Of a stretch of 64,000 bases of DNA, positions 18,739 to 29,000 are shown piece by piece. How positions within the stretch are numbered: position 1 is the stretch's first letter; every line of letters begins with the position of its first letter. The notes below the pieces were generated by a model. The model searched no databases and had not been told where the DNA came from. It worked only from the letters and a program-made list of their open reading frames with translations. The position numbers were made by a program, and so were the translations under genes. Origin of the DNA: an uncultured delta proteobacterium (lineage in GTDB: Bacteria > Myxococcota_A > Polyangia > Polyangiales > Polyangiaceae); the NCBI GenBank assembly GCA_963841435.1, contig CAWJCS010000002.1:768001-832000 (forward strand), given 5' to 3'.

Positions 18739-20550
18739 ATGAGCATGGTCGTCAACCGTCTGCGCTACGCCCTCGCCGCCCTCGCCGTCCTTTCGCTCGC
18801 GCTGGGCGGCTGTCGGAAGCACAAGCCCGCGGGCCAAAAGGGCTCGAGCTCGGCGCCCACGAGCTTCGCGCGCAACGAAACGCTCTACGTCGGTGGACGC
18901 CAATGGGGTGAGCCAAGCTCGTTCAATCCGCTCGCGGGCTGGCAGGACTGGCCCGTGAACTCGATGAACCTCATTTACGAAACGCTGCTCATGTACGAGC
19001 CGCTCGCGGGCAAGCTGACACCACTCTTGGCCGAGTCCTGGGACATTAAGGACGACTCGGTCGAGATCGTGGTCAACCCCGCGGCGCGCTGGAGCGACGG
19101 CAAGCCGGTGACGGGCGAGGACGTGAAGTACACGTTCGATCTGGGCAAGAAATACAAGAGCCTGCTGCAATCGCCGCTCTGGTCGTACCTGTCGGACGTG
19201 AAGCTCGCGGAAAAGGACGGGAAAAGTCACGTCACTTTCGTGCTCGACCCCGAGAAGAAGAACGCGCTGCCCGTGCTCGACGCCTTCGTCGAGATCCGCA
19301 TCGTGCCAAAGCACGTGATCGAGCCGCTTTTGGCCAAAGCCAAAGACAACATCGACGATTTCTTGAAACTGAAGTTCGACAAGGATCCGGTCGGCTCGGG
19401 TCCCTACAAGCTGCTTTCGTACAACAGCGAGAAAATCGTTACCGTGCGTGACGACAACTACTGGGGCAACAAGGTGTTCTTCGGCGGCAAGCTCGCCGCA
19501 CCGAAGTACGTGGTGCACCCGATCTTCAAGAGCAACGACCACTTCAGCGTGGGGCTCCAGCAGGGCACGGTCGACGTGTCGGCCTCGTTCATTCCGCGCA
19601 TCCAGGAGAAGAAGGGCGTCAAGGCCTGGTACGACAAGGAACCGTTCTTCGTGTCGGCCACCATCCCGATGCTGTGGCTCAACGTGCTGCACCATCCGCT
19701 CGATGACGTCCACCTCCGCCGCGCGATGGCATTCTCCATCAACTACAAAGACATCCGGGAGCTCGCGGTATCCGGGTACAGCGACCCGATCGAGCCCGGC
19801 CTGATCATGAACGTGGGCCTCGAAAAGAAGTTCTTCTCCGCAGAGGATGCGAAGCAGTTCGGCGCATCGCGCTACGACGTCGAGGCGGCCAAGGCGGAGC
19901 TCAAGGCGGGCGGCTTCCGGTCCATCTTCAAGGACGGCGAGCTCGTCGAGATGCGCGACAAGTCGGGGAAGAAGCTCGAGACGGTGTACATCAAGTCGCC
20001 GACCGGCTGGACCGACTGGGAGTCGATTGTCCGCATCGCGGTGAAAGGCATGCGCGAGGCGGGCATCGACGCGCGCGAAAGGTTCGTGGACGCGAGCTTG
20101 TTCTGGGGAGCCCTCTACTCGGGTGATTTCGACCTCATCATGTTCACCCCGCCGGCGCCACCGTCGCCTTCGACCCCGTGGCGTCGCTTCGACATCGTGT
20201 TGAACTCGAGCGAATGGGCGCCCGTGGGCGAGAAGCGCTACAAGGACATGGGTCGCTTCAACAACCCCAAGGCACCCGGCTACATCGCCCGCATCGACGA
20301 GCTCTTGAACGAGATCCCCCGCATCAAGGACGACGCCGAGCTCGTCAAGGCGTACCGCGAGCTCAACGTCCTTTACATGAAAAACCAGCCTACGATCCCG
20401 CTCGTCTATCGCGCGGATCAGTTCTACGAATTCACGGAGCGGGCCTGGAAAGGCTTCCCGACCTCCGCGAACCCGTTCCTCCCTCCGCAGATGCCCGGGG
20501 ACCGGTTCGGCACGCGCATCCTCTGGCATATCCAGCCCGTCGCCCACTAA
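18739..20550 (+). CDS. ABC transporter substrate-binding lipoprotein, family 5 (Opp/Dpp-like); probably oligosaccharide (cellodextrin)-binding
   Basis: Lipobox LGGC; IYETLL, PLLAESW, ARWSDGKPVTGEDVKYTF, VGSGPYKL. The substrate is inferred from the divergent GH8 gene. Confidence 0.85.
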   Translation: MSMVVNRLRYALAALAVLSLALGGCRKHKPAGQKGSSSAPTSFARNETLYVGGRQWGEPSSFNPLAGWQDWPVNSMNLIYETLLMYEPLAGKLTPLLAESWDIKDDSVEIVVNPAARWSDGKPVTGEDVKYTFDLGKKYKSLLQSPLWSYLSDVKLAEKDGKSHVTFVLDPEKKNALPVLDAFVEIRIVPKHVIEPLLAKAKDNIDDFLKLKFDKDPVGSGPYKLLSYNSEKIVTVRDDNYWGNKVFFGGKLAAPKYVVHPIFKSNDHFSVGLQQGTVDVSASFIPRIQEKKGVKAWYDKEPFFVSATIPMLWLNVLHHPLDDVHLRRAMAFSINYKDIRELAVSGYSDPIEPGLIMNVGLEKKFFSAEDAKQFGASRYDVEAAKAELKAGGFRSIFKDGELVEMRDKSGKKLETVYIKSPTGWTDWESIVRIAVKGMREAGIDARERFVDASLFWGALYSGDFDLIMFTPPAPPSPSTPWRRFDIVLNSSEWAPVGEKRYKDMGRFNNPKAPGYIARIDELLNEIPRIKDDAELVKAYRELNVLYMKNQPTIPLVYRADQFYEFTERAWKGFPTSANPFLPPQMPGDRFGTRILWHIQPVAH

Positions 20551-20558
20551 GCCCGCAG

Positions 20559-21626
20559 ATGCTCAGACGCTACCCGACCCTTCGTCACATCCTGGGGCGC
20601 GCGGGCTGGTATTTCCTTACCTTCCTCGTCGCCATCACCGTCAACTTCTTCCTGCCGCGCCTCGGCGACGCGAACCCCGTCGACGCCATCATGGCGCGCG
20701 CCGGCTCGAACCTCGATGCCGCGTCGGCACGCGAGAAGGAAGACGCGTACCTGCGCGAGTTCGGCCTCGTGGAGACCGACGACGAAGGCAACGTGATTCG
20801 CGAGAACGGCAAGCCCGTGAAGACGGCGCTCGTCGAGCAGTTCGCGAACTACCTCTCCATGAGCCTGCAGGGGGACCTCGGCACTTCGATCCTGCAGTAT
20901 CCGAAGCCCGTCGGCGAGATCATCGAAAATGCATTGCCGTGGACGCTCGCGCTGCAGCTACCGACCATCATTTTGGGCTGGTTGGTCGGCAATCTTTTGG
21001 GCGCACTCGCCGCGTACAAGCGCGGCGTCTTCGACCGGGTATTTTATCCACTCGCGCTGCTCGCGAGCGCGGTGCCCGCCTTCTGCGTCGCCATCCTCAT
21101 GGTGTACGTGTTCGGCATCAAGCTCGAGTGGTTCCCCGCCGTCGGCGGCTACGACCCGGGCCAGGTGCCGGCAGCGTCGTTCGAGTTCTTGGTGAGCGCT
21201 AGCTACTACTACGTGATGCCGTTCCTCTCGATCTTCCTGATCGTGGTCGGCGGCCAGGCCATCGGCATGCGCTCGATGTGCATCTACGAGCTCGGGACGG
21301 ACTACGTGAAATACGCGAAGCTCCTGGGGCTCACGGAGAACAAGATCCTGATCTACATCTTTCGCAATGCGATGCTGCCGCAGCTCACCGGCCTCGCGCT
21401 CGCGCTCGGTGCCATGGTCGGCGGCGCGCTCATCACGGAGATCATCTTCAGCTACCCCGGTCTCGGCATGGCAATCCTGACGGCCATCCAGGGCAACGAC
21501 TACCCGGTCATCACCGGTTGCACGCTGCTCATCGCGGCTTGTGTACTGCTCGCGAACTTCAGCGTCGACGTGCTGGTCGGCATCCTCGACCCGCGCATCC
21601 GCGCCGCCCAGGCAGGAAGCAAGTAG
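20559..21626 (+). CDS. ABC permease (OppB-like)
   Basis: NFFLPRL, GDLGTSI, DYVKYAKLLGL, RNAMLPQ, EIIFSYPGLG, DPRIR. Confidence 0.9.
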   Translation: MLRRYPTLRHILGRAGWYFLTFLVAITVNFFLPRLGDANPVDAIMARAGSNLDAASAREKEDAYLREFGLVETDDEGNVIRENGKPVKTALVEQFANYLSMSLQGDLGTSILQYPKPVGEIIENALPWTLALQLPTIILGWLVGNLLGALAAYKRGVFDRVFYPLALLASAVPAFCVAILMVYVFGIKLEWFPAVGGYDPGQVPAASFEFLVSASYYYVMPFLSIFLIVVGGQAIGMRSMCIYELGTDYVKYAKLLGLTENKILIYIFRNAMLPQLTGLALALGAMVGGALITEIIFSYPGLGMAILTAIQGNDYPVITGCTLLIAACVLLANFSVDVLVGILDPRIRAAQAGSK

Positions 21627-21629
21627 CCC

Positions 21630-22469
21630 ATGCAGCTCGTCAAGGGGCTCTTCAAGCAGCCGGCCTTTCTGGTCGGGCTCGTGCTGTTCCTGGGCACGCT
21701 CGGCATCGCGCTGCTCGCGCCGCTCGTCATGCACCTCGACGTGAAGGATCGCGTCGGCGGGCCGTACATGCCGCCGTCGGCGGAGCACTGGCTCGGGACC
21801 GATCACTTGGGCCTCGACATGGTGTCGATGCTCGTGGCGGGCCTGCGTGCCTCGCTCTACGTGGGCTTCTTGGCCGGCACGATCGCGACCGTCGTCGGCA
21901 CGCTGATCGGCGTCTACGGCGGCTACAAGGGCGGCCTAATCGACGACATCCTGACCTCCCTCACGAATCTGTTCCTGGTGATTCCCACCCTCATCGTGTT
22001 GATTTTGCTCTCGAGCAGCATGGAAAAGGGGCGGAGCCTCACGCTGATTGCCGTCATCATCGGCTGCACGACCTGGACGTGGAGCGCCCGCGCCGTGCGC
22101 GCTCAGGCCTCCAGCCTACGAGCTCGTGATCACGTGGCGCTCGCGCGCATCAACGGCTTTAGTACGCTCGAAATCGTCATCGAGCAAATCCTGCCGTACC
22201 TCTTGTCGTACATCTTCATGGTGTTCATCTTGCAGACGGCGACGGCGATCCTCTCGGAGGCGACGATCAGCATGCTCGGCCTCGGCCCCTACGACTCCAT
22301 CTCGCTCGGTAAGATTCTCAACGAGGCGAAAACCAACGAGGCGCTGACCGGCGGAGCCTGGTGGGCCTTCATGCCTGCCATGGTGCTCATCACGCTGATT
22401 GCCTTTTCGCTCTATGTCATCAATACGGCGATGGAAGGTGTTTTCAATCCGAGGTTGAGGAGAGGTTGA
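21630..22469 (+). CDS. ABC permease (OppC-like)
   Basis: PSAEHWLGTDHLG, AILSEATISMLGLG, GAWWAF, FNPRLR. Confidence 0.9.
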   Translation: MQLVKGLFKQPAFLVGLVLFLGTLGIALLAPLVMHLDVKDRVGGPYMPPSAEHWLGTDHLGLDMVSMLVAGLRASLYVGFLAGTIATVVGTLIGVYGGYKGGLIDDILTSLTNLFLVIPTLIVLILLSSSMEKGRSLTLIAVIIGCTTWTWSARAVRAQASSLRARDHVALARINGFSTLEIVIEQILPYLLSYIFMVFILQTATAILSEATISMLGLGPYDSISLGKILNEAKTNEALTGGAWWAFMPAMVLITLIAFSLYVINTAMEGVFNPRLRRG

Positions 22470-22508
22470 GAAAGTGATGCGTGCGGGTGAAGGCGTGAGG
22501 CTCGGGAA

Positions 22509-23486
22509 GTGAGCGCCACCGTTCTCGAGGTCGAAGACCTGCGTGTCCACTACGTCACTCGCTTCGGCGCGAAGATCCAGGCGGTGGACGGCGTCTCCTT
22601 CAAGCTCAAGCAAGGCGAAATCCTCGGGATCGCCGGTGAGTCCGGTTGCGGCAAGACGACGCTCGTCTCCGGCTGCATGGGCCTGTACATCCCGCCGCTC
22701 TATCACTCGTCGGGCGACGTGCGCATCGACGGAAAATCGATCATCGGCCTCGGCCAGGAGCGGAATCGGAAAGAGGTGCTCGGCCGTCAGATCGCGATGA
22801 TCCCGCAGGGGGCGCTCAACTCGCTCAACCCCACGCGCAAGATCAAGGACATGGCCGCCGACATGATCCTGAGCCACGACGAAGGCGCGGACAAGAAGAC
22901 CATCAACGATCGCCTGCGGGAGCGCTTCAGCCGCATCGGCCTCGACGCCGACACGGTGCTGAACTCTTACCCCGTGCAGCTCCCCGCGGGCACGAAGCAG
23001 CGCTGCGTGATCGGCATCTCCACGTTGCTCAATCCCAAGGTCGTGGTGGCCGACGAGCCCACCTCGGCGCTCGACGTTTCGACGCAAAAGTCCGTGATCC
23101 GGCTGCTGTTCGAGCTGATGGACCAGGAAATCATCTCGAGCATGCTCTTCATCACGCACGAGCTCCCGCTGCTGCGCCACGTTTCGAGCTCCATCGCCGT
23201 CATGTATGCGGGCGAGTTCGTCGAATACGGCACGACGGAGCGCGTGATCCTCGACGGGCGTCAGCCCTACACGAAGGCGCTCATGGGCTCGATGCTCTCG
23301 GCCGAGCCCGGCCAGAAGAGCCGGCCGCCCGTCGCCATCGAGGGCGCTCCGCCCAAGCTCGACCACGAGATCCCCGGTTGCCGCTTCGCGGACCGCTGCC
23401 CGGAGGCGCGCCCGGACTGCAGCACGGAGAAGCAAAGCCTGCGCGTTCTTGCGGAGCGAGAGGTTCGCTGCAAGTACGCTGTCTGA
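22509..23486 (+). CDS. ABC ATP-binding subunit (OppD-like) with C-terminal Cys motif; degenerate signature
   Basis: GESGCGKTT, ADEPTSALDV, ITHE, GCRFADRCP...C...VRC; the signature reads YPVQLPAGTKQR. Confidence 0.9.
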   Translation: MSATVLEVEDLRVHYVTRFGAKIQAVDGVSFKLKQGEILGIAGESGCGKTTLVSGCMGLYIPPLYHSSGDVRIDGKSIIGLGQERNRKEVLGRQIAMIPQGALNSLNPTRKIKDMAADMILSHDEGADKKTINDRLRERFSRIGLDADTVLNSYPVQLPAGTKQRCVIGISTLLNPKVVVADEPTSALDVSTQKSVIRLLFELMDQEIISSMLFITHELPLLRHVSSSIAVMYAGEFVEYGTTERVILDGRQPYTKALMGSMLSAEPGQKSRPPVAIEGAPPKLDHEIPGCRFADRCPEARPDCSTEKQSLRVLAEREVRCKYAV

Positions 23487-23574
23487 AGACGTTCATGTTG
23501 ACCAGCATCAGCCACGAGCGCCCCGCGACCCGCGCGCGCGTTGAACCACCCGGTGCCGGCCTAGGAGTAGCCCC

Positions 23575-24393
23575 GTGAGCGACGCACTCAAGTTCGAAGG
23601 CAAGCACCTTACCCGGGTCTTCGGGCACGGGCGCAAGCGCATCGTTGCCGTCGACGACGTTTCGTTCAAGATCAAAGACCGCGAGATTATCTCGCTCGTG
23701 GGCCAGTCCGGCTGCGGCAAGACCGTGCTCGCGAAGATGCTCCTGCGCCTCGAAACTCCGACGAGCGGCGAGCTCTCGTTCAATGGTAAGCCCATCGAAT
23801 CCGTGCGCGATCCGCGCGAGCACTGGCGCCAGGTGCAGGCGGTGTTCCAGGATCCGTTCTCCTGCTTCAACCAGTTTTTCACGATCCGCGCCCAGCTCAA
23901 GAGCTCGTTCCGCCTGTTCCAGAACAAGCCGAGTCCGAAGGAGATGGAGGATCGCGTCGATGAGGCGCTGCTCGCCGTCAACATCAAGCCCAAGGAGATC
24001 GAGGGGAAATACCCGTTCGAGCTCTCGGGCGGTCAGATGCAGCGCATGCTGCTCGCACGCATCTTCATTCTCAAGCCGCAGGTGCTCATCGCAGACGAGC
24101 CGACCAGTATGGTCGATGCCTGCAGCCGCGCGAGCATCCTCGACTACCTGATGAAGCTCAAAGAGGAGCTGTCGATGACGATCGTCTTCGTGACGCACGA
24201 CATCGGGCTCGCCTATTACGTTTCGGACGCCATCTACATCATGCACAAGGGCAAGATCGTGGAGCAGGGGCCGCCCGACAAGGTGACGCAGTCGCCCGAG
24301 AGCGATGTCACCAAGCAGCTGCTCGACGACATCCCGAGCGTCCACAAGCAGTGGATCGAGCGTGGGCCGCCCGGTCGCACCGCGACCGGATAG
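23575..24393 (+). CDS. ABC ATP-binding subunit (OppF-like)
   Basis: GQSGCGKT, VFQDP, YPFELSGGQMQR, ADEPTSMVD, VTHD. Confidence 0.9.
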   Translation: MSDALKFEGKHLTRVFGHGRKRIVAVDDVSFKIKDREIISLVGQSGCGKTVLAKMLLRLETPTSGELSFNGKPIESVRDPREHWRQVQAVFQDPFSCFNQFFTIRAQLKSSFRLFQNKPSPKEMEDRVDEALLAVNIKPKEIEGKYPFELSGGQMQRMLLARIFILKPQVLIADEPTSMVDACSRASILDYLMKLKEELSMTIVFVTHDIGLAYYVSDAIYIMHKGKIVEQGPPDKVTQSPESDVTKQLLDDIPSVHKQWIERGPPGRTATG

Positions 24394-24411
24394 CCGTGGG
24401 GCGCCGCGGCG

Positions 24412-25845
24412 TCAGCGCACGCACTTCACGAACGCCGACGTGAAGTAGTTCCAGTCGCCGCTTGCGCCGGCGTTGAAGCCCGTGAAGCCGTCGTCGAAGT
24501 TGATGGCCCAGGCGGCGGTCTGGCTGCCGCGCGAGTGGTGGGAGCCCCAGTACCAGTTGTTGCTCCGCGAGCCGTACTTCGTGTTCGGGAACATCGTCAC
24601 GTTGATGGCCGGGGCGACGCGCGCCTCGTCGACGAGGGTTGCGAGCTCGCGGATGCTCGGCACGCGCCAGGTGTGGCCACCGAGCGAGAGGCCCGCGCAG
24701 TAGGGTGCCGCCTCGTCGAACGTCAGGCCGGCGTCCGAGTAGCCCTGCTGCCAGACGAGCCCCGTGTAGGTGTCCTTTATCTCGCCCGCGGCGAGCTCGG
24801 TGTACTGGCTCGGGGGCGCGACGGCGGGGTCGCTCGGCGCCTCACCCGCGCCGCCGCCGCGCACGCAGCGGTTGCGGGCGGCGGTTGCCTTCGAGTATGC
24901 GTTGCTCACGATGCCGTCGCCGAGGTTGTACGCCCACGCGAAGTCCTTGCCGGCCCCGGCGCCCTTCTGCTGGATGGTGAGGATCCAGTCGGACGCCGTC
25001 TTGTGAAAGCCGCTGGCGCCGCCCGGAAAGCCCGTCTTGTCGAGGGCGGGGCCCTGCGTAAAATCGACGATCGACGCCATCTCGACGCGCGTCGGCAGCC
25101 GCCAGTCGTCGTGCCCCGCGAGCGTGAGGCCGTCACAGTAGTCGAGCGCGTCCTGCCAGGTGAGGTTCGTGCTCGGCGGCGTCTTCTGCCATTCGAGGCA
25201 GGTCACGTCGTCGACGGTCGTGTCGGTACCGACCGTGTAGCTTGCTTCGTTGGGCAAGCTGCTGCCGACCGGGTTCGGCATCGGCCAGCACGCCCATTTG
25301 TGGGACCCGCAATTGGGCTGGCAAGTGCCGGTCATGCCTGTCGAGCCAGCCGAGCCCGCTGTACCGCCGCTGCCGGAACCGCCACCCGCGGCTCCGGAGC
25401 TCCCACCGCTGTCGCCTCCTGCGCCCGCCGTGCCACCGGCATCGCCGGCCGAGCCGCCTGCTCCGCCGACGCCCGCCGTGCCGCCGTCAGCCGCTGCGCT
25501 GCCCCCTGAGGCCGCTGCACCGCTGGCACCGCCGGCACCGCCGGCACCGCCCAAGCCGGCACTGCCGCCGACCTGACTCGAACCCCCCGTAGCTCCGCCG
25601 GAGCTGGCACCGCTCGCGCCCGCTGTTGCAGCACCGCTCCCGCCGACTCCGCCCGTGCCCAGGCCTGACGCGCCACCTTGGCCGGAGCCCGCGCTGCCGC
25701 CGACCCCCCCGCTGGCCTTGCCACCGGTGCCCCCCGTCTCCGGCGCCGTGGTCTCGACGCTGCACGCGCACGCCGCCAGCGCGATCAGCCAAAAAGGGAC
25801 GAAGGAGAGTCGCACGGTGGGGCTCCCGAGTACGGTCGCCTCCAA
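24412..25845 (-). CDS. Lipoprotein with two DUF1566 (Lcl C-terminal-like) domains
   Basis: Lipobox, Gly-rich linker, then two repeats of DxxTxLxWQ...A..YC..L.L.G...WR(L/V)P...E(M/L)...VD. Start may be GTG ~25815. Confidence 0.8.
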   Translation of the reverse strand: MEATVLGSPTVRLSFVPFWLIALAACACSVETTAPETGGTGGKASGGVGGSAGSGQGGASGLGTGGVGGSGAATAGASGASSGGATGGSSQVGGSAGLGGAGGAGGASGAAASGGSAAADGGTAGVGGAGGSAGDAGGTAGAGGDSGGSSGAAGGGSGSGGTAGSAGSTGMTGTCQPNCGSHKWACWPMPNPVGSSLPNEASYTVGTDTTVDDVTCLEWQKTPPSTNLTWQDALDYCDGLTLAGHDDWRLPTRVEMASIVDFTQGPALDKTGFPGGASGFHKTASDWILTIQQKGAGAGKDFAWAYNLGDGIVSNAYSKATAARNRCVRGGGAGEAPSDPAVAPPSQYTELAAGEIKDTYTGLVWQQGYSDAGLTFDEAAPYCAGLSLGGHTWRVPSIRELATLVDEARVAPAINVTMFPNTKYGSRSNNWYWGSHHSRGSQTAAWAINFDDGFTGFNAGASGDWNYFTSAFVKCVR

Positions 25846-26037
25846 ACGCGCTGGTCAGTCACGCGAGCCGATCCCGCGCTCCCCACCGAGGGTCGAAGCC
25901 ACCCAAGACGACAAACCGGCGGGACGGGCGCCGGCTGTTTTCAGCGTCGCGAAGGGCGCAGGGCGCCTCCCTACGAGGCGCCCTGCGAAGAATCAGGGTA
26001 CGAAATCAAGCGGCGCCAGGCCGCTCGCGTCCGCACC

Positions 26038-29000
26038 TCAGTTGATGCTGCCGCACTTGCTTGGGACGCCGCCACCGCCGCAGGTGAGCGGGGGCGTGCA
26101 GGTACCGCAGTCGAGCAGCCCGCCGCAGCCGTCGGCGGCCGGGCCGCACTCCGCGTTCTGCTGACTGCAGGTGCGCGGGACACAGCCGCCCGCGCCGCAC
26201 TGGTTCGGCACGCCGGCGCCGCCACAGCTCTGTCCGGCCGGGCAGGTGCCGCAGCTCAGCACGTTGCCGCAACCGTCACCGACGGCGCCGCAGTTGGCGT
26301 TCGCCTGCGAGCAGGACTTTGGCGCGCAGTTCCCGTTGCCGCAGAGGTTCGGGCCGCCGGCGCCGCACGTCTGGCCCGGGGGGCAGACGCCGCACGAGAG
26401 GACACCGCCGCAGCCGTTGCTCGTGGCGCCGCACTCGGCACCCGCTTGCTGGCAGGTGCGCGGGGAGCAGGAGCCGCCGCACTGGCTCGGCGTGCCGCCG
26501 CCGCCGCAGATTTCCGGAGCCTGGCAGGTGCCGCAGTTGAGCGTGCCGCCACAGCCGTCGCCGATGAAGCCGCAGGTAGCGCTTGCCGCCTGGCACGTGC
26601 GCGGGACGCAGCCACCGCCGCAACGGTTCGGGCCGCCGGCGCCGCACGTCTGGCCGGTCGGGCAGGTGCCGCAGCTCACGGTGCCGCCGCAGCCGTCACC
26701 GATGAAGCCGCACTGAGCGTTTTCGCCCTGGCACGTCTTCGGGTTGCAGCTGCCGGTGCCGCACTGGTTGGGCGTGCCGCCGCCGCCACAGGTCTGGCCG
26801 CCCGTGCAGGTACCGCAGTTGACGGTGCCGCCGCAGCCGTCGGCGATGGGGCCGCAGGTCGCGTTGACGCTCGCGCAGCTGCGCGGCGTGCAGCTCGGGG
26901 TGCCACACACGTTCGGCGTGCCGCCGCCGCCGCAAACGGCCGGCGAGGTGCAGGCGCCGCAGGTGAGCACCCCACCGCAGCCGTCGGCGATGACGCCGCA
27001 GTTGGCGCCTTGCGCGCCGCAGGTGGTCTGCGTGCACGTGTGGCCGCACTGGTTCGGCGTGCCGCCGCCGCCGCAGGTGTCGGGGGCGCCGCAGGTGCCG
27101 CAGTCGAGCAGCCCGCCGCAGCCGTCGGCACGGTAGCCGCAGGTGGCGCCGAGGTCATTGCAGGTCTTCGGGGTGCACGTCGGGATGCCGGGCGGATTGC
27201 CGACCGAGACGCACGACGAGAGGTCGAAGAGCATGAACTCGAGGACCTTCTCCTGCGCTGTGAGGGCGCCGGTCGAGCAGTGGTTCGGGAAGACGGCGCT
27301 GCCCGTGGTGCTGCCGACGGCGACGTGGAACGCGCTGTAGAGCACGCGCCCGCAGATGTTGTTCGCGTTGGCGCCCACCGGCGTGTTGAACGCGTATTCT
27401 TGCGTCGAGTTGTGCGTCGAGAGCTGGTGGCCCGACACGCGCACGCTGCTGTCGGTGTAGACGAAGCGCTCGCTCAACGTCGCGCTGTTCGCCTGCACGT
27501 AGTAGCGCGGGTCCAGGATGTCGATGTACCCGTTGCCGTAGGTGGTGCTGTACGAGTTCGTGACGCCGAGCCACGTGTTGAAGGTCTGACCCTTGTTCGT
27601 GGTCTTGTCGATGATACCGACGGTGTTGCTCTCCGAGCCCGTGCCGCCCCAGGTGGCCGTCGTCGCGAAGTCACCGTTGTCGTGTAGGTAGGTGTAGCTG
27701 TAGTGCGACGCGAACACGCGGCCGCCGGCGTCGGCGAAGGCGTGGAGCTTGGCGTCGTAGTTGTTGCCGTGCTCGTTGGCGCTGCCCTCGCAGTCGAAGA
27801 TCGCGAGATCGTAGTTGCTGACGGTGTTGCCCTGGAAGAGGTCCGAGAGCGGAGCCGAGACCCGGTTTCCGCTGCTGCAGTTGCCGTTCTGCCAGTGCGA
27901 GCAGGACTGGTAGGCGCCGTTCGCCCGGTAGAGGTGCACGCGGCCCTGGCCGGTCGGCAGCGTGAACTCGGAGTCGCTCACGCCGATCTTGCGCACGACG
28001 CACTCCATGGCGTCGTAGTTACCGGTCGCGATGGCCATCTGCGGCAGGCTCACGAACTGCTGGTTGCCGGCCGAGGCGTCCGTCTTGTTGCGCGGTAGGC
28101 GCGTCTGGTCGGCGGTGAGGTTCTTGTTCGTGCACTGCGGCGTCGACGTGATCGTCACGACGCGGCGCCACTTGCCGATTTTCACGACCAGCGGAAAGTC
28201 GATGCCCGCCGGCACGTTGCGCAGCACGAACGTGCCGTCCGCGCCCGTGACGGCGCCGGCGATGGGGCTGCCGAGGTCCTCGTCCTGGCAGCGATCGCAG
28301 CTCGGGCCATGCGTGATGGCGGGCAGCGGCGCGTTCGGTACGTAGACGAGCGCGTTCGGCAGCGGCTCGGTGCCGTTCGGCGCGTACACGGTGCCGGTCA
28401 GGCGCGTCTCCTGGTTCGTGGGACACGAGGCCTGGTACTGACAGAGGCCCGTGCAGGTGGTGCCGCTGTCGTTGCCGCACACGCTCGCCTGGCCGCCGCC
28501 GCCGCAGATCTCGGGCGACGAGCAGGTGCCGCACGATTGGATGATGCCGCCGCAGCCGTCGCCGATCGGGCCACAGTTGGCGCCGACGTCCTGACAGGTA
28601 AGCGGCGTACAAGGCGGCGTGCCGCAGACGCTAGGCGTCCCGCCGCCGCCGCAGGTGTTCGGGGCCGAGCAGCCGCCGCAATTGACAGTGCCGCCGCAGC
28701 CGTCGCTCTGGATGCCGCAAAGGCCGGTGCAGACCTGCTGCGCCGTCTTGGGCACGCACACGACCGGCGTGCAGACGTTGGCGTTGCAGACGTTACCGCT
28801 CGAGCAGGTGCCACAATTCAAGGTGGCGCCGCAGCCGTTGGGGATCGAGCCGCAATTCGCGTTGAAATTGCCGCAGGTCTTCGGCACGCACGCCGGAGCG
28901 CCGCACTGACCGGGCGTGCCGCCGCCGCCACAGGTTTCGGCGCCCGAGCAGGAGCCGCAGTCGATGAGGCCGCCGCAACCATCGCTGATGGAGCCGCAGT

